Origin: a virus
Lineage: Duplodnaviria > Caudoviricetes
IMG/VR virus record: IMGVR_UViG_3300022752_000086
Location: 1-55,989 of that record
Direction: 5' to 3' (one strand)
Length of the DNA stretch: 55,989 nucleotides
In this document: piece by piece, positions 40,312 through 48,514 of the stretch
How the letters are laid out: each line of letters opens with the position of its first letter
Numbering within the stretch: position 1 is the stretch's first letter
The notes under the pieces: model-generated
Database searches by the model: none
Told to the model about the DNA's origin: nothing
What the model saw: only the letters and a program-made list of their open reading frames with translations
Made by a program: the position numbers and the translations under genes

Positions 40312-42225
40312 TTAAATATTAAAATCACTTAATTTGTAACTAGTTACATTTCCTGATTGTAGATCTTCCGATATACGACTATCTATTTTTTGTAGTATTA
40401 CAGTATTTACATATAACATATTTTGCTTTAATTGATACGAATAATCTCTATATTTTTTATTCAATGTCATAAAACGTGAATCGTTTTCCGCATTTGAAAA
40501 ATTATTAATAAACACAGTTTTCCAAATATCTTTAGTTATTGGAATAATTTCATAATTTATTTGTATTTCTACTGTAGTATTCTTTATATCTTGTATTCCC
40601 ACTAAACAATTTTTTATTTGTTTAATTTCTTGCCCGTTTCGTAAAATAGTTACCACAGTTCCTGTGGGATCATCTATTATTAGGTCAGTGTTAGACAACA
40701 CTCCACCATAATATTTACAAATTAATCGTTTAAATCCATCATCTATTTCTTCTACTTTTCCTATAAATTTTTGGTATGTTCCTGTCAATCCCCGTAATAC
40801 TATATGGTGATCTCCTGAATAAATTCTATCGTAAGATCCATACGTGGTATAATTGCTTAATGTATAACCACTGGATGTGATACCGGCAACATTTGCTCCA
40901 GTAAATCCTGCCCTAGGAATTTTACCCCAACAAAACAATTCGTCATTAACTGTTAATGCTGCAGAATGACGTTTTCCTGCTGCTATTGCTTTATATTTTT
41001 TATCGGGTACTATTGTTTGACCATCTGCTGTAAGTCCCCAAGCGTAAACAGTACCGTCTGATTTTCTGGCAAGAGCGTGTCTATGTGTGGCAGATACTTC
41101 TACAAATCCGGTTCCACTAGGTACTTCTAATTGACCATATGCATTCTCACCCCATGCAATTAAACGACCATTCTTACTAATTATACCAACACAAAATTGA
41201 CTTCCACATGAAACATCGTCATATGTTATTCCAGTATTGGCTAAAGTACCACAATCCACTAGTGTTTTATCACTTTTTAGTATCACTCCACCAGGAGAAC
41301 CAGAATCACTAACATGATACCATGATGTCTTAATACCAACAGTGGAACCTGCTGCAGCATATAATGCTGGTTCTGTAGTATAATTTCCGTAAAATTCTAA
41401 TCTAGAATCACTGTTTATTGCTACTAATTTTTGTTGACTTGCCTCTATAAATTTATATAATGTTCTAACCGATTTTATATAATTTGGAGTAATAGTAGTA
41501 AAATCTGTACATGCAGGACAATTAAATAACACCAATGTGTCTTCTCTGCCCCAGCAATGTATTTGGCCATATTTATCTAACACACAGGTAAAATCTTTAC
41601 CTGCTGTTAATTGGGTGCTGTCTTTTTGAAAATCAAATTCTAATGGTACTATACTCTGTCCATAATGGGCGTAGTCGTCCATTTCTCCAGTTCTATTTAA
41701 TCCTTGAGCTACTGAAGATTCTGGTATAATTCCTGCACCAATACATTTTATTCCATATGGTCCTAATCCAGTTTCAAAAATAACAGTATCTCCTATCTGT
41801 ATACCAGATAAATCTACTCCATCATAAGAATCTATAACAGAATCTGAGTATAAAGTTTGTAATACTCCATTATATGTTATTCCTGATTCTTCTTTGGTTG
41901 GTAAAAATGGGGAAGTATTACCAAATTGTAATACTCGTGCATCAAAAGTGTCTAGATCTTTATTTGTTATTTGTTGTCCTAATATTTTGTTCCAATTAAA
42001 TGGATTTTTTATATTATTTAATAACATTAAAATCCAATAGTAATCAAATGAATTGTATAGTCTATACGATAATTGTTCTGGTCTTTCTCCAGGATTTATC
42101 TGTTCTGTTTTAATAAATTCTAAACTATCCACATCAATATTTACATCTTTAAATAGATTAGTTACTGTTTTAATACCCCCAGTAGCTCCAAAATCATAAC
42201 TTAATGTTGGGAAATATTTAAACAT
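40312..42225 (-). CDS. gp53: Baseplate wedge subunit gp53 with inserted RCC1-repeat domain, 637 aa
   Basis: MFKYFPTLSYDF..GERPEQLSYRLYNSFDYYWILMLLNNIKNP (gp53 LysM-like), then RCC1 repeats such as VSATHRHALARKSDGTVYAWGLTADGQTIVP. Confidence 0.85.
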   Translation of the reverse strand: MFKYFPTLSYDFGATGGIKTVTNLFKDVNIDVDSLEFIKTEQINPGERPEQLSYRLYNSFDYYWILMLLNNIKNPFNWNKILGQQITNKDLDTFDARVLQFGNTSPFLPTKEESGITYNGVLQTLYSDSVIDSYDGVDLSGIQIGDTVIFETGLGPYGIKCIGAGIIPESSVAQGLNRTGEMDDYAHYGQSIVPLEFDFQKDSTQLTAGKDFTCVLDKYGQIHCWGREDTLVLFNCPACTDFTTITPNYIKSVRTLYKFIEASQQKLVAINSDSRLEFYGNYTTEPALYAAAGSTVGIKTSWYHVSDSGSPGGVILKSDKTLVDCGTLANTGITYDDVSCGSQFCVGIISKNGRLIAWGENAYGQLEVPSGTGFVEVSATHRHALARKSDGTVYAWGLTADGQTIVPDKKYKAIAAGKRHSAALTVNDELFCWGKIPRAGFTGANVAGITSSGYTLSNYTTYGSYDRIYSGDHHIVLRGLTGTYQKFIGKVEEIDDGFKRLICKYYGGVLSNTDLIIDDPTGTVVTILRNGQEIKQIKNCLVGIQDIKNTTVEIQINYEIIPITKDIWKTVFINNFSNAENDSRFMTLNKKYRDYSYQLKQNMLYVNTVILQKIDSRISEDLQSGNVTSYKLSDFNI

Positions 42226-43085
42226 TATAAAATGTCTTTCTGTGATCTGATTGCTAAATAATCGAAACCATCATATACTCCCCAGTTTAGAGCGGGTTCT
42301 AGTTCAATAAAACTTAATTTTATATTTGTAGCCAGAGGATATTGTTTTGCGTATCCTTGAGATCCAGGTAATAATCCTGACTCTGTTACCGTATAAGGAT
42401 AATTTTGTATGGGCGATCTATTAATATCTACTCTTGCTAATACTGATGTTAATCCTTGGCCATCCATAGCAATATTACTACTACCAATAACATTTCCTAT
42501 ACCAAATACCCATATATCAGGATGATTCATGGTGTATATGGATTGTGTAAAATTTCCTGGATGTGCATTTGCCTGGAAAGCTGCAGCTATTCTTGCTGCT
42601 TGTTTAGCTGATTCTATTGTTTTTGCAACCAGATTAAACTCAAAACTATGAACACGACGACATCCTGGTTGAAGAACAGTTTCCATTTGGTCAAATCTCC
42701 ACACATTACCACCAGTGTAAAAACTTTCTTTTAATTCAGTTCTTGATACTGCTGCATCCTTATCTAATCCAATTTCTGCCGCTTGATTACTCTGTACTGC
42801 CTCGTCTGCTGCTGTTCTGTCGGGTCCAGTTGTTGGTTTTCCTTTTAACAAAGCCTCAATACCACGCATTTGGACTGAAGGACTGTTCCTATAGGGTATT
42901 GTGTTTAACGTATTAAAAGTTGTAGGGTACGGCAATGCTATAATATTATTTGGATATGCTCGTACTTGATTTGGAATGCGTTTAGACGCCCAAGTACTGT
43001 AATTTGCAGACCAAAATGTAATCCAAGCAGGTATATCGTATTGAGTTACATCGTCTCTTGCTGGAAATGAAAGTACTCTTGCCAT
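42225..43085 (-). CDS. gp48: Baseplate tail-tube cap gp48-like
   Basis: IIALPYP..RVHSFEFNLVAKTIESAK..HPDIW..SVLARVDIN..PLATNIKLSFIELE. Start moved to MARVLSFP (43085) because the longer track ORF overlaps gp4. Confidence 0.8.
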   Translation of the reverse strand: MARVLSFPARDDVTQYDIPAWITFWSANYSTWASKRIPNQVRAYPNNIIALPYPTTFNTLNTIPYRNSPSVQMRGIEALLKGKPTTGPDRTAADEAVQSNQAAEIGLDKDAAVSRTELKESFYTGGNVWRFDQMETVLQPGCRRVHSFEFNLVAKTIESAKQAARIAAAFQANAHPGNFTQSIYTMNHPDIWVFGIGNVIGSSNIAMDGQGLTSVLARVDINRSPIQNYPYTVTESGLLPGSQGYAKQYPLATNIKLSFIELEPALNWGVYDGFDYLAIRSQKDIL

Positions 43086-43088
43086 TGT

Positions 43089-43096
43089 TATAAATA
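43089..43096 (+). promoter_or_regulatory. T4-type late promoter TATAAATA for the gp4 operon
   Basis: Exact consensus in the 26-nt divergent gap, 15 nt before the gp4 ATG. Confidence 0.65.
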
Positions 43097-43111
43097 TATA
43101 GTCAAGATTAT

Positions 43112-43555
43112 ATGGCCTATAAAACAAAATACACCCCCCAAAACATTCAAAAATATGTTGGAAATCCCAATAATATTATTTGTAGATCATTATGGGAGAG
43201 AAAATTTTGTAAGTATTTAGATACTAATCCCAACATACTTCGTTGGTCTAGTGAAGAAATAAAAATACCGTATATATCAACTATAGATAAAAGCATTCAT
43301 CACTACTATCCTGATTTTGTTTTTGAGGCCAAAAATACAGATAAAATTGACACATTCATGGTAGAAATAAAGCCCAAAAAGCAAACAATAGAACCAAAAA
43401 GTAAAAAAAATAAGAAAACTTATTTACAAGAATCTATTACTTTTGAAATAAATAAATGTAAATGGGCAGCAGCAAAAAAATACTGTGAACAACATGGTTG
43501 GATTTTTAAAATAATAACAGAAGATCAGTTATTTAAAAACAACACTAAGGAATAA
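43112..43555 (+). CDS. gp4: Head completion nuclease gp4 (TnsA-like endonuclease fold)
   Basis: KYVGNPNNIICRSLWERKFCKYLD..WSSEE..IPY..HHYYPDF..VEIKPKKQT..KWAAAKKYC. Confidence 0.95.
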   Translation: MAYKTKYTPQNIQKYVGNPNNIICRSLWERKFCKYLDTNPNILRWSSEEIKIPYISTIDKSIHHYYPDFVFEAKNTDKIDTFMVEIKPKKQTIEPKSKKNKKTYLQESITFEINKCKWAAAKKYCEQHGWIFKIITEDQLFKNNTKE

Positions 43556-43557
43556 AA

Positions 43558-44184
43558 ATGGCAAATATTTACGGAATAGGTGCAAAAACAGATTCACCTG
43601 GATCAAAAGAAATAACAGGAATAATAAATCAAATAAGCAAATATGGTGCCCAACGCACTAATAGGTATTCTGTAGAATTTCAAAACTGCCCAGTAGAGAT
43701 GCCAGAAGCTACATCAGATTACCAATTTTTTGCTACTATGTGTCAATTACCAGAACGAAGTATACAAATATTTCAAGATAGTGTTGGTCCATATAGTCCT
43801 AATTGGGATATACCATTGAAATCAGAATATGATGATAATTATATCATTAATTTTTTAGTTGATGGACAATGGATTATTAGAAGATTTATAGAATCTTGGA
43901 TGGATTATGTTGTTGGCCCAATTTATGGTGGTGGATTTATTGGAGGAAGAACTCCATTAGGTGCGTCAATAATGCCATTGGGACAGGGAGATGGATCAGC
44001 CAATAGTTCGTCTAAAATTATAATTAAAGGATTCAAAACCAAGGATAATATTCAAAGTGGTAAATTAACACTTTATGGAGCTTGGCCTAAAACTATACTT
44101 CCAGCCACAATGGACACTAATGCAAACAATCAACCATTAATACTGAGTGTGGTGTTTTCTTATAGATATTATAGATTTGAATAA
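43558..44184 (+). CDS. gp54: Tail tube initiator gp54-like (gp19 tube family)
   Basis: RTNRYSVEF..LPERSI..NFLVDGQWIIRRFIESWMD..LYGAWPKTI..LSVVFSYRY; lies between gp4 and gp26. Confidence 0.65.
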   Translation: MANIYGIGAKTDSPGSKEITGIINQISKYGAQRTNRYSVEFQNCPVEMPEATSDYQFFATMCQLPERSIQIFQDSVGPYSPNWDIPLKSEYDDNYIINFLVDGQWIIRRFIESWMDYVVGPIYGGGFIGGRTPLGASIMPLGQGDGSANSSSKIIIKGFKTKDNIQSGKLTLYGAWPKTILPATMDTNANNQPLILSVVFSYRYYRFE

Positions 44185-44196
44185 GGCTATTAAATT

Positions 44197-44904
44197 ATGT
44201 TAATTAAATCCTTTCCAAAATATTCGGTTAAATTGCCTAGTGGTAAAAAAATTAAATATAGACCATTTACTGTTAAAGAAGAAAATTCTTTATTAATAGC
44301 AAAACAATCAGAAAATAATCAAAATGTATTACATACACTCATAGACGTAATGAATGCATGCATTGAAGATAATACTGAAGAGTATGAAATACAAGATTTT
44401 GAGGCAGCATTTCTTCATTTACGAAGTAAATCAATAGGTGAAATAGAAAAAGCAACAATAAAATGCCCAGACACTAAAGAACAAGTTAAAGTAACAATTA
44501 ATATTTTAGAAGATATGAAATATAATGAAAAAACAGATACACAGAATTCTATTATTCAGTTAGAAAATAAAATATTAATACGATTACAACAATTAAAAGT
44601 AAAAGATATTTTACAAAATCCTGATTATAATAAAACATTTGAAAATAAAATAAAATTTATAGCCAATAATATAATTAGTATTCAAAAAGACGATGAGCTT
44701 ATAACCGCAGAAGATATGTCTTTATCTGAAAAGGCAGAATTCTGTATGAATCTACAATCTAAAGATTTTAAAAAGTTATTAAAATATTATGAAGATACAC
44801 CTAAAACTTATTATATTTTAGAATATAAAACCAGTGATGGTGAATCTAAAAAAATAGAACTATCTGGATTATTTAATATAATTAGTTTTTTTTTAACTAT
44901 ATAG
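44197..44904 (+). CDS. gp26: Baseplate hub subunit gp26
   Basis: PKYSVKLPSGKKIKYRPFTVKEE..DFEAAFLHLRSKSIGE..KCPD..SGL..FF. Confidence 0.93.
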   Translation: MLIKSFPKYSVKLPSGKKIKYRPFTVKEENSLLIAKQSENNQNVLHTLIDVMNACIEDNTEEYEIQDFEAAFLHLRSKSIGEIEKATIKCPDTKEQVKVTINILEDMKYNEKTDTQNSIIQLENKILIRLQQLKVKDILQNPDYNKTFENKIKFIANNIISIQKDDELITAEDMSLSEKAEFCMNLQSKDFKKLLKYYEDTPKTYYILEYKTSDGESKKIELSGLFNIISFFLTI

Positions 44905-45044
44905 ACCTTGCTACTTATTTAAATGTATTATTTCAATTAACATATCTTCATAGATACTCTATACAAGATATACAAAATATGTTTCCGTGGGAAAGATTAG
45001 TATTAATTCAACAAATAGCTAATGAATTAGAAGAAAATAATTAA
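44886..45044 (+). CDS. gp51: Baseplate hub assembly catalyst gp51, open frame with no canonical start (-1 frame relative to gp26)
   Basis: Not in the ORF track. Frame reads FFFNYIDLATYLNVLFQLTYLHRYSIQDIQNMFPWERLVLIQQIANELEENN*; YS..I.NM.PWER is the gp51 signature. Confidence 0.85.
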   Translation, partial: FFFNYIDLATYLNVLFQLTYLHRYSIQDIQNMFPWERLVLIQQIANELEENN

Positions 45045-45965
45045 ATGGATAACGTAGGATTAAATTATCAAGAGTTAGTAAACTCACTTTTCTTTTCTGA
45101 TAAAACTTCTGTCAATAGACAGCCAGAAACTAGTCCTCAAAATTCTGTAGAAAAAGTTGATGAAGTTCCTATTAATAATTCTATAGAAAAAATTGATGGT
45201 ATAGCATTAGATAAAACAACTAAAGAAACAAATTCAAATAATGCTACTGTAGTTTCTACTGGAATCAACTATACAGATTTACGTAAAAAAGCAAAACAAA
45301 ATAATTTTTCAGAATTTAATGAATTATCACAAGATGAATATGAAAAATTATCAAAATCTGATAAAAAAATTTATGATTCTATAGTATCATTAAAAACAAA
45401 TTATACAGAAAAACAAAATAAAAAAGAAAACAAATCGGATCAAAAAGAATACGAATCTGCTAAAAAAATTACAACACAGACAAGAAATACAGATAATCCA
45501 ACATCAGCTTTAACGTATTCTACTATTTCAAACAATATTAAAAATGATCAATCTGTTTTGAAGTATATACCAAAATTAGAGTCTGGAGATATAGAAACTG
45601 CTGCATACGATAATATTAAAACCACAGACTTATCATCAAAATTTCGTAATACAGACACGACTTCTGCCCCAATAGCGTTACCATTTCAAATCTATACACC
45701 AGATAATTATTTAACATCAGATATACAAGAAGTATACAAATATAATATAAATGCTAGACTTAATACCAAAAGAGCAATACCAAAATCTATAAACAGACAA
45801 TCTTTCTCTATAGAAGATAGAATGATACCTATGGGTTCTGATAATGTGTCAATTGTAAAACAAGAAAATAGTCCTCCTATAATGGTTTCTCCAAGACCAA
45901 AAAATGTAGATAATTTAAATTTAATCTACAAAAAACAACCAATATGGAGACAAAAATTTGGATAA
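45045..45965 (+). CDS. Hypothetical hydrophilic protein at the position where a tape-measure/hub gene (gp29-like) often follows gp26-gp51, 306 aa
   Basis: Starts immediately after the gp51 stop; K/N/S/T-rich; function inferred from synteny only. Confidence 0.45.
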   Translation: MDNVGLNYQELVNSLFFSDKTSVNRQPETSPQNSVEKVDEVPINNSIEKIDGIALDKTTKETNSNNATVVSTGINYTDLRKKAKQNNFSEFNELSQDEYEKLSKSDKKIYDSIVSLKTNYTEKQNKKENKSDQKEYESAKKITTQTRNTDNPTSALTYSTISNNIKNDQSVLKYIPKLESGDIETAAYDNIKTTDLSSKFRNTDTTSAPIALPFQIYTPDNYLTSDIQEVYKYNINARLNTKRAIPKSINRQSFSIEDRMIPMGSDNVSIVKQENSPPIMVSPRPKNVDNLNLIYKKQPIWRQKFG

Positions 45966-45967
45966 TG

Positions 45968-45993
45968 AAAAGGCCCCTTTCGGGGCCTTTTTT
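45968..45993. terminator. Bidirectional intrinsic terminator
   Basis: AAAAGGCCCC-TTTC-GGGGCCTTTTTT between convergent genes; GAAA tetraloop on the minus strand. Confidence 0.92.
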
Positions 45994-45994
45994 A

Positions 45995-46864
45995 TTAGTC
46001 TTCAAGTGACTTTAGATATGATTCTACATCGACATCCTCATCTGGTTCTGCCTTTGGCAGAGGCTTACGACTAGAACGCACTACAGGCTCATCCTCAACA
46101 GTATCCTCAGAATCGCCCATATTGCGAACATCTCCACCTAGAGCATCAACCAGCTTGGTCTTAAGCTCAGGATAGCTCTTGAACTCCTTGGGATTAATAA
46201 ACTCCTTGAGAGCGTACTGCTTCTTCCAAAGAGCCTCAAGCTTGGCATCATCACCATCAAACAGTTCAGTGGCAGCACTAAACTCTGACTTGTCGTAGTT
46301 AACGTAACCGTCAACCTTACGGACCTTGAGTTTAAAATTAGCACCCTTCCAGAAGTCAAACGGATTAACAGCACTTTCGTCTTGGAATTCTGGATTCATC
46401 TGCTCTTGAATCTTCTCAAAAATCTTCTTGCCGTACTTAAATAGGAACACCTTGCCCTTGTTTTGAGGAGCTGCTGGATCCTCCACAACAAGAATATTGG
46501 AAATATAATTAAGCTTACGCTTGCGATCACGAGCAATACGCTTATCGCTTTCAGTACCAGAATTCCATAATTCAGAGTTTCCTTCACAAACTGGGCACTT
46601 CTCACCAAGGGTTGTGGGACAATTGTGAATAAACCAACCACCCTTACCCTTAAAGGCGTGAGAGTACAACTTAACCCATGGAATATCCTCTCCTTCCACT
46701 GCAGGAAGAAATCGAATAACTGCATATCCATTACTAGCAGAGTCCAGAGTAGGTCGCCAAAATCGGTCGTCCTTATAATCATTAGACTTGTTGCTCTTCT
46801 CCAACTCCTCTTGAAGCTTGGATGCCATTGACGTAGAATTCTTCTTTAGATCTTTAAATGCCAT
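45995..46864 (-). CDS. gp32: Single-stranded DNA-binding protein gp32
   Basis: DDRFWRP..NGYAVIRFLP..HAFKG.GGWFIHNCPTTLGEKCPVCE..NPFDFWKGANFKLK..NYDKSEF, acidic tail; AGGAG Shine-Dalgarno. Confidence 0.97.
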   Translation of the reverse strand: MAFKDLKKNSTSMASKLQEELEKSNKSNDYKDDRFWRPTLDSASNGYAVIRFLPAVEGEDIPWVKLYSHAFKGKGGWFIHNCPTTLGEKCPVCEGNSELWNSGTESDKRIARDRKRKLNYISNILVVEDPAAPQNKGKVFLFKYGKKIFEKIQEQMNPEFQDESAVNPFDFWKGANFKLKVRKVDGYVNYDKSEFSAATELFDGDDAKLEALWKKQYALKEFINPKEFKSYPELKTKLVDALGGDVRNMGDSEDTVEDEPVVRSSRKPLPKAEPDEDVDVESYLKSLED

Positions 46865-46884
46865 ATAATCTCCTATTGTCTGTA

Positions 46885-46912
46885 AATATACACCTTAATT
46901 TAGGCTTGTCAA
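46885..46912 (-). promoter_or_regulatory. Sigma70-type promoter for gp32
   Basis: TTGACA-N16-TATATT in the gp33-gp32 gap. Confidence 0.7.
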
Positions 46913-46915
46913 ATA

Positions 46916-47146
46916 TTAAATGGGTAATTTAGAACTTTTTGGTAAAAAATTCAAGTCTTGACCTTCTTGTTGAATTTTTTCTATAATAGGTTTGGTTAAG
47001 ACTTTAGGCATAGTTTCTATTGGTATGTCGTTTACTTCACATACGGCAACAATAGCATCAATATATGAAACTTTCCATTGTTCTACATATTTTTCTATTT
47101 GACGGCACAAATCACGTTGTTTTTCATTATCTAATAATAGTACCAT
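46916..47146 (-). CDS. gp33: Late transcription coactivator gp33
   Basis: IEKYVE..VSYIDAIVAVCEVNDI.IE..K.LTKPIIEKIQQEGQDLNFLPKSSKLPI; likely start MVLLLD (47146); adjacent to gp32. Confidence 0.9.
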   Translation of the reverse strand: MVLLLDNEKQRDLCRQIEKYVEQWKVSYIDAIVAVCEVNDIPIETMPKVLTKPIIEKIQQEGQDLNFLPKSSKLPI

Positions 47147-47182
47147 AGTTACTTTTATATATGTAAATTTTTTTATTTTTTT

Positions 47183-47190
47183 TATAAATA
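47183..47190 (+). promoter_or_regulatory. T4-type late promoter TATAAATA
   Basis: Exact consensus followed by GGAGA and the ATG at 47206. Confidence 0.75.
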
Positions 47191-47205
47191 ATACTGGAGA
47201 AATAA

Positions 47206-48513
47206 ATGCCAGATACAGATCCAAATTTAACAATAGACGTAACCGGTACTACAGGAAGTATTGCCACAGAATGGGTAACTACAGGTGGTATTACTAACGC
47301 GCACGTACAAATAGTAAAATTAGCATGGGGGGATACAAATACTGCTACTCGTGTGAAGACTTCAACACCACTACCAGTAACAGTTATTTCCAACTCTAGT
47401 ACTCTAGGTATTTCCGGTTCTGTGAGTGGATTGGGTACTTTCAAAATAGTAAATGGAATTTCTGGTGCCACAACTGGAGCAATAACAGTACAGGGTACTA
47501 CCGCATCAGGAACTGTTCCAGTTCAAGTATCAGGTTATGTCCAAGGAATTACCAGTGGAGTTAAAGTAGGAATTACTGGTGATGTAACCGTAGCTAATAC
47601 TGTGTATATTCAGGGTATTACTAGTGGAATTAATGTGGGAGTAACTGGTGGTAGAAGGCTTAATTATCTCACAGATAGTGTAACTGTAAATGGAACAGTG
47701 GGTGTTAGTGGTGGTAGATATCTGTTACCAGCTACTGATGGAGTTAAGATATATTCCGCAGTAGATGGTGGTGCTACTCTTCCATTTAAGATGCACGACG
47801 GTAGTGGTAATCCCATAACTTCTACTTCCGGGGCACTTGATGTCAAGATAATTGGTGCTGGTATTACAGCAACGGTTAATGTTTCTGCTATAGTAGGAAT
47901 ATCTCAAGCAGATCAATCGGTTCCATTGTTTGTTGCAGGAGCAACAGCAGGTCCTTCAGTGCGCGTAAAGGGCGGTTTGACCGGAGGTGCACTAGAAGTA
48001 GCATGGACATCAGCAATGCCTGTATCCATAGATCCAACCAGTGCAGTGAATTTAACCTTTGAAGATTCTAATATAACAGGAAGACTGGATACTATCATCA
48101 ATTCTTATATGGGTGATATGGAAACTGCTCTTACTAATATTCAGTCAGATATTGCCCTAATGAAGGGTAGAATGCCAGAAAATAGAACATATGACACCAG
48201 CACAACTATTAAATTAAGCGATACTGTATACACTGGAACTGTGACTGTTGGGATTACTGGTTCTGTAAAGATATTTAATGGTTCTTCTGCCCCATTAAAG
48301 AACGGTATTACCATCAAATCATTGGCACCAGTGAGCACAAGTGATGCATATTTGATACAAGTTGTTGGTAATTCTTCTGGTACAGGTATAGCAAGTACAA
48401 CTCCATATTATCTGTCACCGGGAGAAGTAATGTTCTTATCAATAAGCAATACAGATAAACTAACATTTATATCTAATGGAATATCTACTCGCTTCTCATT
48501 TATAGCATCATAA
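47206..48513 (+). CDS. G/T/V-rich repetitive putative virion fibre or decoration protein, 435 aa
   Basis: Repeated VQGITSGVxVGITG-like units, a short coiled coil and a small C-terminal domain (LKNGITIKS..YYLSPGEVMFLSISN); late promoter upstream. Confidence 0.55.
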   Translation: MPDTDPNLTIDVTGTTGSIATEWVTTGGITNAHVQIVKLAWGDTNTATRVKTSTPLPVTVISNSSTLGISGSVSGLGTFKIVNGISGATTGAITVQGTTASGTVPVQVSGYVQGITSGVKVGITGDVTVANTVYIQGITSGINVGVTGGRRLNYLTDSVTVNGTVGVSGGRYLLPATDGVKIYSAVDGGATLPFKMHDGSGNPITSTSGALDVKIIGAGITATVNVSAIVGISQADQSVPLFVAGATAGPSVRVKGGLTGGALEVAWTSAMPVSIDPTSAVNLTFEDSNITGRLDTIINSYMGDMETALTNIQSDIALMKGRMPENRTYDTSTTIKLSDTVYTGTVTVGITGSVKIFNGSSAPLKNGITIKSLAPVSTSDAYLIQVVGNSSGTGIASTTPYYLSPGEVMFLSISNTDKLTFISNGISTRFSFIAS

Positions 48514-48514
48514 G

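Noticed and set aside
43112-43555. Tn7 TnsA transposase
   Set aside because: The fold is shared, but the sequence and context match head completion protein gp4, and no tnsB or tnsC is present.
24144-45965. Extracellular contractile injection system, tailocin or T6SS locus
   Set aside because: Head completion gp4, gp32, gp33, T4 late promoters and a tRNA indicate a replicating T4-like phage.
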